From contig JANNVX010000063.1 of the NCBI GenBank assembly GCA_031414595.1, forward strand, positions 1 to 24,840: a stretch of 24,840 nucleotides of DNA. The letters are read 5' to 3'. Position 1 is the stretch's first letter, and every line of letters starts with the position of its first letter. This DNA is from Deinococcales bacterium. GTDB taxonomy: Bacteria; Deinococcota; Deinococci; Deinococcales; JAAFIG01. This document shows positions 1 through 8,296 of this stretch, one piece after another. The notes under the pieces are model-generated. The model saw only the letters and a program-made list of their open reading frames with translations. It ran no database searches and was not told the origin of the DNA. Both the position numbers and the translations under genes were made by a program.

Positions 1-5
1 TAGCA

Positions 6-79
6 GGACAGACACAGGGGTCTGTCCCTACAAAATCCATAAAAATACGTCAGGTAGGGCGGACCCCCGTGTCCGCCCT
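6..79. repeat. Pair of inverted GTAG-type REP-like palindromes
   Basis: 6..31 on the minus strand reads GTAG-GGACAGAC-CCCTGT-GTCTGTCC. 54..79 on the plus strand reads GTAG-GGCGGAC-CCCCGT-GTCCGCC-CT. Both have a 5' GTAG followed by a GC-rich stem with a similar 6-nt loop. Confidence 0.75.
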
Positions 80-167
80 GTGACCAATTGTCTGTTTTTG
101 GTCTATTTGAAATCAGGAAGTTATTCTTGGACAGTTCCTAACCTCATTATACAAGTGTGAAATTTTG

Positions 168-1220
168 TCATTCAATGCCAAGGAATGCCGCCATACGTTC
201 AAGTTCGGCTTTTAATTGCCGCTTAAAAGCCGCGCTTTTGGGCTGGCGCACATAGCCAAGCTCTGCTGTAAAACCATTTTTAACACTGATGTTCGCCCAA
301 CCAATCACTTCGGTGTTGTAGAGCATCGGCAGGGCGTAATAACCTCGGATGCGTTTTTCTGGTTTTGTATAGGCTTCAAATCGGTACTCCCAGCCATGCA
401 GTAATTCAAATCTGCGTCTGTCCCAAACAATCGGGTCAAATGGTGCAAGCAGGGTTACACTGTCCGTTGGTTCAGTGCTAGGCTCGAGAAGCGGCATTGC
501 CCATTTTATGCCGTCCACCAGCACCGTACTGAGTTGCTGCGCCAGTTTTCGGGTCAGTGGTTTAAGACTTGGTGCGCCAAGCCCAGAAAAAGAACAGAGC
601 TGCAATAAACTGCTCAAAGGTAGAGGTGCATAATTCTTTAGGATTAACTCGAGTATTCCCGTGGCTCGAGCCTCGGGGGTTAAAATTTTTACATTATGCG
701 TTACCGCTTCGTAAACCTTAATGCCCTTTTCGCGCCCAGCGACACGCAAATGCCCTTGGTAATGCAGCCCTTCAAGCGCTCGAGTGGTAGCGTTAGAAGT
801 GCCGCCCCACGCATTGCCGACTCGGGTTTTTCCAAAATGTGTTTCTAAGGCTTTTGGGTGACTTGCGCCGTTTTGACGCACATACTCGAGAACTTCTGGA
901 ATTAAATCTGGTGCATCGGCTTCAATCATCAATTTTCTAGCACGGACTCGAGGGTGAAAAAGTGGGCGCAGGGATTGTTGTAAAAAGCCGTAATTGACAA
1001 AGTAATCCTCGTCAATACTCAGTTTTGGGTACTGTGTCTCGAGCCTTCCAGCAAGATAGCCCTGCACTCGAGGACGAAGAATTAGGTCTTGCGCCCGAGC
1101 AGGAGCGCGAATTGGGTCGGCTTGGACAAATCCAAGTTTTTCTAGGGCATTCTCGAGGCTGTCGGGCGTAAAAAGTGTTTGACTGACCGCAAGGCGGCGC
1201 AGGTCTTTGAGTGTGGTCAT
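168..1220 (-). CDS. ycaQ: YcaQ/AlkZ-superfamily (HTH_42) DNA crosslink-repair glycosylase
   Basis: 350 aa. N-terminal FVQADPIRAPARAQDL carries the Q-x-D motif of the YcaQ-like clade. C-terminal LLAPFDPIVWDRRRFELLHGWEYRFEAY..RGYYALPML is typical of the family. Confidence 0.88.
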   Translation of the reverse strand: MTTLKDLRRLAVSQTLFTPDSLENALEKLGFVQADPIRAPARAQDLILRPRVQGYLAGRLETQYPKLSIDEDYFVNYGFLQQSLRPLFHPRVRARKLMIEADAPDLIPEVLEYVRQNGASHPKALETHFGKTRVGNAWGGTSNATTRALEGLHYQGHLRVAGREKGIKVYEAVTHNVKILTPEARATGILELILKNYAPLPLSSLLQLCSFSGLGAPSLKPLTRKLAQQLSTVLVDGIKWAMPLLEPSTEPTDSVTLLAPFDPIVWDRRRFELLHGWEYRFEAYTKPEKRIRGYYALPMLYNTEVIGWANISVKNGFTAELGYVRQPKSAAFKRQLKAELERMAAFLGIE

Positions 1221-1226
1221 AAAATC

Positions 1227-1232
1227 ATATTA
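1227..1232 (-). promoter_or_regulatory. Putative -10 box (TAATAT) for leaderless ycaQ transcript
   Basis: Minus-strand TAATAT lies 6 nt before the ATG at 1220 and overlaps the TAA stop of the upstream SRPBCC gene. No Shine-Dalgarno is visible. Confidence 0.55.
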
Positions 1233-1688
1233 CGATATTGGCGTAAAAAATGCTGCCAGTGCGCCAAGTCTTTTTTTGGTCTCAAGCCGAAATATCAGGG
1301 TCATGATTGGATGAAGTAACCACCTTAACCACCTTGGACGCGCCGTAAAATTGTATTTGTACTCAATTTCAGAAGTGCCATTTGGTAAGTCCCTATGCCG
1401 AATCGTGGCAGCAAATTTTGCAAAAAAAGGCGGTTGATTGACCAATTGAATTGCCGCCGAAAATGGTGGCTTGAACGAAATATACTTGGTTTTAACCGCA
1501 AATCCACCTAGCCCAATTCGTCCGACACAAACCGAGGTCGCATCAAGCTGCGCCGATTCCCAGCCATCGGTTAAATAAGCGGCTTTTAACAAGGTGTCCC
1601 ACTCGAGTCGTCGGTTGTAATCATGAAACACTGCAAAGACCTCGGTGCTTGGTGCGGCAATGACAGCAGTGATTGACCCATGAGGCAT
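1230..1688 (-). CDS. SRPBCC (polyketide cyclase/START-like) family protein
   Basis: 152 aa. N-terminal SITAVIAAPSTEVFAVFHDYNRRLEWD and the C-terminal amphipathic helix are typical of SRPBCC proteins. AAGGA SD upstream. Confidence 0.8.
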   Translation of the reverse strand: MPHGSITAVIAAPSTEVFAVFHDYNRRLEWDTLLKAAYLTDGWESAQLDATSVCVGRIGLGGFAVKTKYISFKPPFSAAIQLVNQPPFFAKFAATIRHRDLPNGTSEIEYKYNFTARPRWLRWLLHPIMTLIFRLETKKRLGALAAFFTPIS

Positions 1689-1699
1689 AAGTGTTCCTT

Positions 1700-3250
1700 T
1701 TACTCGGCTTGAAAAAACTGAGTTCTCGAGAGCAATAATTTGTTGCTGCTATCAAATACCCGTAACTCGAGGCTGTGTTTGCCTTTCTCGAGGGCGGGGA
1801 GTTTGGCAATGTAGGGAATGGTTCGGCTTTCGGCAACCACAGCGTTGTCAAGCAGGTACTGCACCTTGTCTGGCAATGGGTCAAAGGTTTTAATCCAAGC
1901 TGTGACATCAAACGGGAAACGTGCCAAAATTCGATTTGGAAAACGGCTTGGCATGACGGTTGGTTCAAGCGCGTCGTAATGAATAAAAATTGGATTTGAT
2001 AATATGGTTTTCATTGCCTCGAGTTTTATGCCGACCAACTGATAATTGTTGCGTCGTTCGGCAGCCCTTGAAGGGGTGATGTACTTGGAGCGAATCATGT
2101 CTATATCCAGCCAATTGATGTTTTTGATGCGTGGATAGCGTTGTGCAACGCCCCAGTAAAGCATACTCATTTTCTGCACCGCATAATCGGTGTAGTCGGT
2201 GCTTGGAGTCAGCAATGTTTCGTGACTGGCAGCGTATTCGCTAATTTGAATCGGGTGACGACGAGCGTATTTTTCGTAAATTGGTTTTAATTGGTCGAGC
2301 GGCGAGACCCTGATATTATTTTGTTTGATGTCCCCATTGGCAAAAGGTGTGCTGTACATCGAAATCCCAACCCAATCCACGTACTTTTCTCCTGGGTAGT
2401 AGGCATCCAGCACCTCGAGCCGACTTGCCATTGGCATCCAGACGATGACCGCATTGGGGGCGATGTTATGAAAGGTATTGGCGACCAATCTAAATTTTTG
2501 GATGTACAGAGCAGGGTTTTTGCTCCATTCGTTACTCGGGTCGTTGAATTCACCCGCGAAACGAATAAAGGTTGGTACACCCGAATTCCGCACGGCTTTG
2601 GCAAACGGCTCGAGGACATCTGCGCTGATTTGTGCCAGTGGCGTACTGGGTTCAATGGCTAAATGCACCATGCCGTTTGCTTTTCGTACCGCATTGTAAA
2701 ACCGTGTTGGGAAGAATGGACGGCTTGCATTGCCTTGGCTGGGTTTAATCAGTTTGTGATAGCGAAAGTAAACCGCAAATCTCGAGCCAAAGCGGTTGGG
2801 TACACGCAACTGGTCACGTTCATCAATGCCTGTTTCATCCACATACATGCCCATCAAGACACCATTGTTTGGCTCGAGCAGGGCAAGTTTAGCAGCTTTT
2901 TGCACAGGTTGCCAAATGTAGACTTCGCCTTGTTGCCGAAATGGATTGGTACGGTTTTCTAAAGCCCTTGCAGTAATCAGGTCGTTTTTAGCACGGTACT
3001 TGGCAATGGCTTGGTCAAAGGCTTGGGTGGCGTTATCGTACTCCTCGAGTTTGGCATACGCCTCGCCGAGCCAACGCCAATTGGCGGCGGTTGGGTTTTG
3101 TTGCACCGCGTTTTTGAAGGCTGTCGCCGCCGTGCGGTAATCGCTTTGCTGCATCGCAGCTTGCCCAGCCGCGTACCACTGGTCGGCATTGCGTTGCCCC
3201 AAAGCCAGACTCGAGATAAGCAGTAAAATCAAAGCCAATAAAAGGCGCAT
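1700..3250 (-). CDS. Secreted TPR + glycoside hydrolase family 26-like protein with C-terminal beta-rich (Ig-like) domain
   Basis: Signal peptide MRLLLALILLLISSLALG; two TPR-like repeats (QWYAAGQAAMQQSDYRTAATAF.., NWRWLGEAYAKLEEYDNATQAFDQAI). GH26-type motifs FIRFAGEFN, YYPGEKYVDWVGISMY and PIQISEYA. C-terminal KVQYLLDN..GKHSLELRVFD. Confidence 0.8.
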   Translation of the reverse strand: MRLLLALILLLISSLALGQRNADQWYAAGQAAMQQSDYRTAATAFKNAVQQNPTAANWRWLGEAYAKLEEYDNATQAFDQAIAKYRAKNDLITARALENRTNPFRQQGEVYIWQPVQKAAKLALLEPNNGVLMGMYVDETGIDERDQLRVPNRFGSRFAVYFRYHKLIKPSQGNASRPFFPTRFYNAVRKANGMVHLAIEPSTPLAQISADVLEPFAKAVRNSGVPTFIRFAGEFNDPSNEWSKNPALYIQKFRLVANTFHNIAPNAVIVWMPMASRLEVLDAYYPGEKYVDWVGISMYSTPFANGDIKQNNIRVSPLDQLKPIYEKYARRHPIQISEYAASHETLLTPSTDYTDYAVQKMSMLYWGVAQRYPRIKNINWLDIDMIRSKYITPSRAAERRNNYQLVGIKLEAMKTILSNPIFIHYDALEPTVMPSRFPNRILARFPFDVTAWIKTFDPLPDKVQYLLDNAVVAESRTIPYIAKLPALEKGKHSLELRVFDSSNKLLLSRTQFFQAE

Positions 3251-3256
3251 AACCTC

Positions 3257-3262
3257 AGTCTA
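3257..3262 (-). promoter_or_regulatory. Putative -10 box (TAGACT) for leaderless GH26 transcript
   Basis: Minus-strand TAGACT lies 6 nt before the ATG at 3250. Confidence 0.6.
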
Positions 3263-3274
3263 AAGCATCTTTGT

Positions 3275-4249
3275 TTATCTGGTTTGAGATTCGCCAATCA
3301 CACTGGTAATCACAGCTTTATGGGCGCGTTTCTCGGCATACATTTGTACATCGGCTTCGGTCAGGGCTTGGTCTAGCGTGATATGACTGGCTCGAGACCA
3401 ACCACCGGAAACACTGGGGAATTTGGTTCGTACCCGTTCGTACAGTTTGCCGCCGTTGGCAAGCCCAAGGTGTAAGGCTACAAATTCATCGCCACCTGTG
3501 CGGTATAAGCCGTCTTTGTCGCGTACTGCTTCTTGTAAGGCAGCCACAAACCCAAGGATGTACTCATCGCCGGCTTGGTGACCTTTGCGGTCATTGATGC
3601 GTTTTAAGCCGTCTAAATCCCAACTGGTTAAAAGGAGCGGTAAGCCTTTGGTTTGGGCGGTGTTTTGGAATTTAGCAAAATCCTCGAGCAATGCCCGACG
3701 GTTGCCGATTTGGGTCAGTGTATCGGTGTTGACCGAACGCTCGAGTTCTTTATGTCGGGCTTCGGCACTTTGAAAAAATCCCTGTAAAATCCAGCCCAAA
3801 ATCCCGTTTAAGGTCATGATCATTAGTCCAACCACCATTGGTTCTGGTCGGTTTGAAGGCAGGAACGCCAAGATAATCACTGCCACAAGGTTTAGGGTCA
3901 TGCCCGCCCCGCCCCAAATAAAGGTGATGCCAAAAGTAAAAGGGGCAACCAAAACACCATAAATAATGCCGCCAATGCCCAACAATTCCCAAGTGGTATG
4001 GCTGTAGGACATAAAAAGCACATTCAGAATGAGACCAAAAATCATTTGGGCAGCACTGGCAATTTCTGGGTAACGCGCTAAATTTGCGATACAAATGAAA
4101 GTCACCACCGCTTGGAAAAGCAAAAACAGACTGGTCTCGAGCCATAAAATCGGTTGAGCAAACCAGCCACCAAGCGAAGCCATGAGGATAGCTGCCCAAG
4201 CCCCCGTCCAGAACGAACGGTAAAGTGGGCTTTGCGAGGGGCTGGTCAT
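3275..4249 (-). CDS. Membrane-bound diguanylate cyclase (GGDEF)
   Basis: About 5-6 hydrophobic N-terminal segments, then TDTLTQIGNRR, DLDGLKRINDRKGHQAGD and RTGGDEF. The RxxD I-site (RDKD) sits five residues before GGDEF. Confidence 0.92.
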   Translation of the reverse strand: MTSPSQSPLYRSFWTGAWAAILMASLGGWFAQPILWLETSLFLLFQAVVTFICIANLARYPEIASAAQMIFGLILNVLFMSYSHTTWELLGIGGIIYGVLVAPFTFGITFIWGGAGMTLNLVAVIILAFLPSNRPEPMVVGLMIMTLNGILGWILQGFFQSAEARHKELERSVNTDTLTQIGNRRALLEDFAKFQNTAQTKGLPLLLTSWDLDGLKRINDRKGHQAGDEYILGFVAALQEAVRDKDGLYRTGGDEFVALHLGLANGGKLYERVRTKFPSVSGGWSRASHITLDQALTEADVQMYAEKRAHKAVITSVIGESQTR

Positions 4250-4256
4250 GTTGCCT

Positions 4257-4469
4257 TTAAGGTTCTTGGAATTCGATTGTTACCGCAGGAGCAGTAAATC
4301 CAGCCGCTTTATGTGCGCTGTCACAAAAGGGTTTATTTTGACTATGCCCACACCGACACAGACTGAATCGAGGTTTTTCGATTATCTGTTGACCCTCAGC
4401 CGTGGTCAGGGTGTACGAACCATTGGTTTCAACCAGTATCGAACCGTTTTCTCGAATTGTCAGTTTCAT
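4257..4469 (-). CDS. CDGSH iron-sulfur domain protein
   Basis: 70 aa. SLCRCGHSQNKPFCDSAH matches the 3Cys-1His CDGSH [2Fe-2S] motif. Confidence 0.92.
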   Translation of the reverse strand: MKLTIRENGSILVETNGSYTLTTAEGQQIIEKPRFSLCRCGHSQNKPFCDSAHKAAGFTAPAVTIEFQEP

Positions 4470-4513
4470 AGCGCCTAGTCTACCCTAGGTGAGACTAGAC
4501 TATACTGGTGTCC
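4470..4513. promoter_or_regulatory. Back-to-back divergent leaderless promoters (CDGSH gene / lipid kinase)
   Basis: Minus-strand TAGACT (4477-4482) is 7 nt before the ATG at 4469. Plus-strand TATACT (4501-4506) is 7 nt before the ATG at 4514, and TAGACT (4496-4501) is 6 nt before the GTG at 4508. Confidence 0.65.
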
Positions 4514-5398
4514 ATGCAACATTTTGTGATTAACCCAGCCGCCGGTGGTGGACGGGCAGCCCGAGCCATTCCAGAATTACAAAGAACCATCGAGCAACAT
4601 AAACTCGAGGCAACCGTTCATGTCACCAACAAAGCAGGAGATGCGACAGTTTTAGTCCAAACCCTACCCAGTCTCGAGCCAATCATTGTGCTTGGTGGCG
4701 ATGGCACACTGCATGAAGTGATTCGTGGACTGCTCGATGGGCAAACACGTTCTGAACGTCCAATTGGTTTAATTCCGCTTGGGACTGGCGATGATTTTGC
4801 CCGTGGTGTCGGTATTCCCTTAAACAACTTAAGTGCCGCGCTCGAGATTGTTACAAGGGGGCGAACCCGTTGGTTTGATGCCGCCCGAATTGGTGATAGG
4901 AGCTTCTTAAATGGTTTTGGCGCAGGGTTTGATGCCCAAGTTGCCCGCACCGTCAAAACCACCCCCAAAGGCTTACCGGGCAGTCTGCGCTATTTACTGG
5001 CAATTATTCAAGAACTGAGCGCCCTCGAGCCGCGCTATGCCAAAGTTTTTGCCGATGATGTGCTGGTTCACGATAATCCCGCCCTGTTAATTGCGGTCAT
5101 GAACCTTAAGGGCTATGGCGGCGGATTAAAAATAAATCCCAATGCCAACGGCTTTGATGGTTTACTCGAGATTGTGATTGGTGGGCGTTTTTCTAAACTT
5201 GGTACACTTGGGATTCTGCCGCAACTTGCCCAAGGTAAACACTTAGGGCATAAAGAAGTCCAGGTTTTTCAGGCTAAAAAGATTCGCCTCGAGTGGCGCG
5301 ACATCATGCCCGCCCATGTAGACGGCGAACTGCTCGAGCCAGCGCGGGTCTTTGAACTGGCGGTGCTGCCAGAAGCCATTTCGATTTTTATGCCTTAA
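4514..5398 (+). CDS. Diacylglycerol/lipid kinase family protein (DagK/YegS/BmrU-like)
   Basis: Motifs INPAAGGG, LGGDGTLHEV, IPLGTGDDFAR, GAGFDA, YGGG and HVDGE. The start may be ATG 4514 or GTG 4508. Confidence 0.9.
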   Translation: MQHFVINPAAGGGRAARAIPELQRTIEQHKLEATVHVTNKAGDATVLVQTLPSLEPIIVLGGDGTLHEVIRGLLDGQTRSERPIGLIPLGTGDDFARGVGIPLNNLSAALEIVTRGRTRWFDAARIGDRSFLNGFGAGFDAQVARTVKTTPKGLPGSLRYLLAIIQELSALEPRYAKVFADDVLVHDNPALLIAVMNLKGYGGGLKINPNANGFDGLLEIVIGGRFSKLGTLGILPQLAQGKHLGHKEVQVFQAKKIRLEWRDIMPAHVDGELLEPARVFELAVLPEAISIFMP

Positions 5399-5410
5399 CG
5401 TCATGGTTTT

Positions 5411-7228
5411 TCACAGTTGCTCGAGAAAATTACTATCTGCGCCACGGAATACAGGGCTAAATTCTGGGGTGGCATAGACCCGAACACAATCTAAACTGCC
5501 CGCGTAGACTCGAGTTGAGTCTGGACTGAACGCAACGGTGTAATGCGGATTAAAAGGGGTGTAGAAACAGAAGTGTTCTTGTTGGGTGGCAATCTCCCAG
5601 ATTTGAATTGTGCCGTTCATACCTGCGGTCGCCAACCAATAGCCATCTGGACTAAAAGCGAGACTTTGGGTATTTGTGTTTTTAGTTTTGAAGTGCCAGA
5701 AGAGCTTCCCAGTGGCGGTTTCGCCAACCCATGCGCTGTTTTTGTTTGTGCCAATCGCAAAATATTTTCCTGTTGCATCAAATCTCAGACAATAGGTATT
5801 GGTTGCCGCATGACTTGATTGCCAAATTTTTGTTTGACTCGAGACCTCCCATAAGCTCAGACTGCTCGAGAAACCTTGACAGGTCAGGATGTACTGCCCA
5901 CTTGGATGAAAAGCAAGTTGTTCGATACCTTGTCCAAATTCTTGTTGAGTCCCTGTGTACAAGTCCCAAAATCGAAGTCTGTTCATGCCAAGTGCCAGCC
6001 GAATACCGTCGGGGGCAAAGGCTAGACTTCTGACCCGTTCTGGGAGGTCTTTTAATTGTTGCTTAGCTTTGCCTGTTTTGGTCTCCCATAGACAAACTGT
6101 TTTATCGCGGCAAGCACTGGCAATTTGTTCTCCATCTGGGGAAAATGCCAGACTGAGGATACCAGCGCCGTGGGCTTCGAGGGTGTGCAGGAGTTGTTGG
6201 TTTTGCGTCTCCCAAATGCGTACTAAGCCGTTTAGCCCTCCAGTTACCATGTAGCCACCATCTGGGCTGAGCGCAAAAGTGCTGATAAAACTTGCATGTG
6301 GCGCGATTTGGTGTACGGCTGTGCCTGTACTTATTTTGTAAACTCGAGCCATGCCGTCTGCTTCACCAACAACTATACGTTGGTTATCTGGAGCGAAATC
6401 CATTGTCCAGCCAGCCACACTTAGCAGCTTGGTGTGGTCGGTTGCATCCCAGATTTGGACGTTTTGGTCGGTACAAACGGCAAACATTGTTCCATCGGTG
6501 CTGTAGCGAACTTGGCGAATTTGTTTTGCGGTCATGGGTATCACCGTTTCTAGGCTGCCACTCGAGGAGTTGCGTAGTTCAAGGTGGCTCGAGTCGCCAG
6601 CAACGAGGATGCTTGTTCCATCGGGGCTGTAGGCAAGGCTTTGAATAGCAAAAGTAAGTTCAAAGGTTTTGAGGGCTTGAAGACTTTTTAAGCCCCAAAC
6701 GCGCATTGTTTGGTCTGTGCCACCCGAAACCAAGATATTCTCGAGCGGGTGAAATGCCAAACAAGTGGCATCGCCGTGATGGAGAAAACGAGCTATTTCT
6801 TGGTTATTTTGTGCCTTAAAGAGTTCGATTATACCTGTACGTTGACCGGTTCGCGCCGAGGCAACCGCAAAATACTGTCCGTTTGGACTAAAACCCACGG
6901 CTAATTTAGAAGAAAGCGAAGTGGCTAAGCACCAAGGGTTGGTGTTTTGCATCGAGAACCTATAAGCAAGGTTATTGCTACTGCCAGCCAGCAGATGTTT
7001 TCCATCTGACGAGAAGCATAAGTCAAGGATGTGGCTGTATGGCTCGGGAAGGTTGCGTAATTGTAAAACCCGAAGTGTCTGGGCGGCTAAATCCCAGAGT
7101 TTAACCACACCATCTTCGCCACCCGAGGCGACTGTTTTTCCGTCTTTGCTAAATGCGACACAAAATATTTTTCCGATGTGATGAATTTTACTGCCTTGTT
7201 GGGCTACATCCCCAAGACGATTGGTCAT
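5411..7228 (-). CDS. WD40-repeat beta-propeller protein
   Basis: 605 aa made almost entirely of repeats such as VAFSKDGKTVASGGEDGVVKLWD and LAFSPDGEQIASACRDKTVCLWE; roughly 14 repeats. Confidence 0.9.
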   Translation of the reverse strand: MTNRLGDVAQQGSKIHHIGKIFCVAFSKDGKTVASGGEDGVVKLWDLAAQTLRVLQLRNLPEPYSHILDLCFSSDGKHLLAGSSNNLAYRFSMQNTNPWCLATSLSSKLAVGFSPNGQYFAVASARTGQRTGIIELFKAQNNQEIARFLHHGDATCLAFHPLENILVSGGTDQTMRVWGLKSLQALKTFELTFAIQSLAYSPDGTSILVAGDSSHLELRNSSSGSLETVIPMTAKQIRQVRYSTDGTMFAVCTDQNVQIWDATDHTKLLSVAGWTMDFAPDNQRIVVGEADGMARVYKISTGTAVHQIAPHASFISTFALSPDGGYMVTGGLNGLVRIWETQNQQLLHTLEAHGAGILSLAFSPDGEQIASACRDKTVCLWETKTGKAKQQLKDLPERVRSLAFAPDGIRLALGMNRLRFWDLYTGTQQEFGQGIEQLAFHPSGQYILTCQGFSSSLSLWEVSSQTKIWQSSHAATNTYCLRFDATGKYFAIGTNKNSAWVGETATGKLFWHFKTKNTNTQSLAFSPDGYWLATAGMNGTIQIWEIATQQEHFCFYTPFNPHYTVAFSPDSTRVYAGSLDCVRVYATPEFSPVFRGADSNFLEQL

Positions 7229-7279
7229 AGAAAAGCTACCTTAACACCTAAACCATCTGGCAAGACAGACAACTCAAGA

Positions 7280-7351
7280 TGATTGCTTTTGAGCGATTTG
7301 TATGCTATATTGATTGAAAGAAGCAGAAATATGAATTTATCTGATTTTATT
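7280..7351 (+). promoter_or_regulatory. Sigma70-type promoter of the DeoR-ABC operon overlapped by phased 10-bp TGA-box direct repeats (putative DeoR operator)
   Basis: TTGCTT (7283-7288), 17-nt spacer, TATATT (7306-7311) with an extended TG at 7303-7304. Repeats: TGATTGCTTT 7280, TGAGCGATTT 7290, TGATTGAAAG 7311, TGAATTTATC 7332, TGATTTTATT 7342. Confidence 0.65.
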
Positions 7352-7390
7352 TAAGGTTTTGAGGTGTGAATTTGCATCTCGAGGGAACAT

Positions 7391-8296
7391 ATGCTCGAAC
7401 AACGACTCGACAAAATTCGGCAGTATCTTTATCAACATGGACTCTCGAGTGTCCAAACTTTGGTGGGTCACACCAACTCTTCGCTTGCCACGATTCGCCG
7501 TGACCTCGAAAAACTCGAGACCGAGGGCGTGGTCATCCGTACCCATGGTGGAGCAAAACTTGCCGACTCGAGCGGTGTAGAAGTCGGTTTTCGGCAACGT
7601 GAACACCGCGAAGTTGCCCACAAACGCGTCATTGCCGAAGCAGCTTATAAGCACCTGAAGCCAGACAGCAGTATTTTTTTAGACTCCAGTACCACCGCTT
7701 TGCAGTTGGCTCGGCGCTTACGCTTACATCCAATTCGCTTAAATTTAACCACCAATAGTTTTGCGGCGGCTCAAGAATTATTTGGTGTTCCCGAAGTACA
7801 ACTTTTATTTGTCGGTGGGCATATCCGTACCGAAAACCTTGCCACAATAGGCATGTACGCCGAAGAAACCCTAGACCGACTCTGGTTTGACCAACTTTTT
7901 ATGAGCGCCAATGCGATTCACCAAGACCACGGATTCACCACCTTTGACACTTCCGAAGCAGCAATCAATCGCAAAATGCTAACTCGAGCCACCAAACGCT
8001 TTGTGCTTTCGGATTTTACCAAATTTGGACGTATTGCACCGCATCACATTGCTGCGCTTTCGATGGTGCAACACATCATCACCGATTCGCGACTGAGCAC
8101 CACTTGGGCAGAACATCTTTACCGAGCAGGAGTTCATCTCGAACAAACGCTCGAGCCACAATCCACCACGCTCGAGCCACAATCCACCACGCTTGAGCCA
8201 CAATCCACCACGCTCGAGCCAAAAATGTTCAAACCGCACCACCCCACTATTAGCCACAACGAGACACGAGTCTCGAGGTTGCAGGAGGATTTATGA
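7391..8296 (+). CDS. DeoR/GlpR family transcriptional regulator with repeat-containing C-terminal extension
   Basis: HTH SSLATIRRDLEKLETEGVVIRTHGGA. Sensor-domain motifs IFLDSSTT, TTNS and DFTKFG. The stop overlaps the next start (ATGA). Confidence 0.93.
   Translation: MLEQRLDKIRQYLYQHGLSSVQTLVGHTNSSLATIRRDLEKLETEGVVIRTHGGAKLADSSGVEVGFRQREHREVAHKRVIAEAAYKHLKPDSSIFLDSSTTALQLARRLRLHPIRLNLTTNSFAAAQELFGVPEVQLLFVGGHIRTENLATIGMYAEETLDRLWFDQLFMSANAIHQDHGFTTFDTSEAAINRKMLTRATKRFVLSDFTKFGRIAPHHIAALSMVQHIITDSRLSTTWAEHLYRAGVHLEQTLEPQSTTLEPQSTTLEPQSTTLEPKMFKPHHPTISHNETRVSRLQEDL
8147..8221 (+). repeat. In-frame 21-bp tandem repeat (3 full copies + 12-bp partial) centred on CTCGAG
   Basis: Unit ACGCTCGAGCCACAATCCACC at 8147, 8168 and 8189 (third copy has CTTGAG), partial at 8210. 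It encodes (TLEPQST)x3-TLEP. Confidence 0.97.

Noticed and set aside
8147-8221. CRISPR array
   Set aside because: Units are contiguous with no unique spacers, lie in frame within a CDS, and there are no cas genes.
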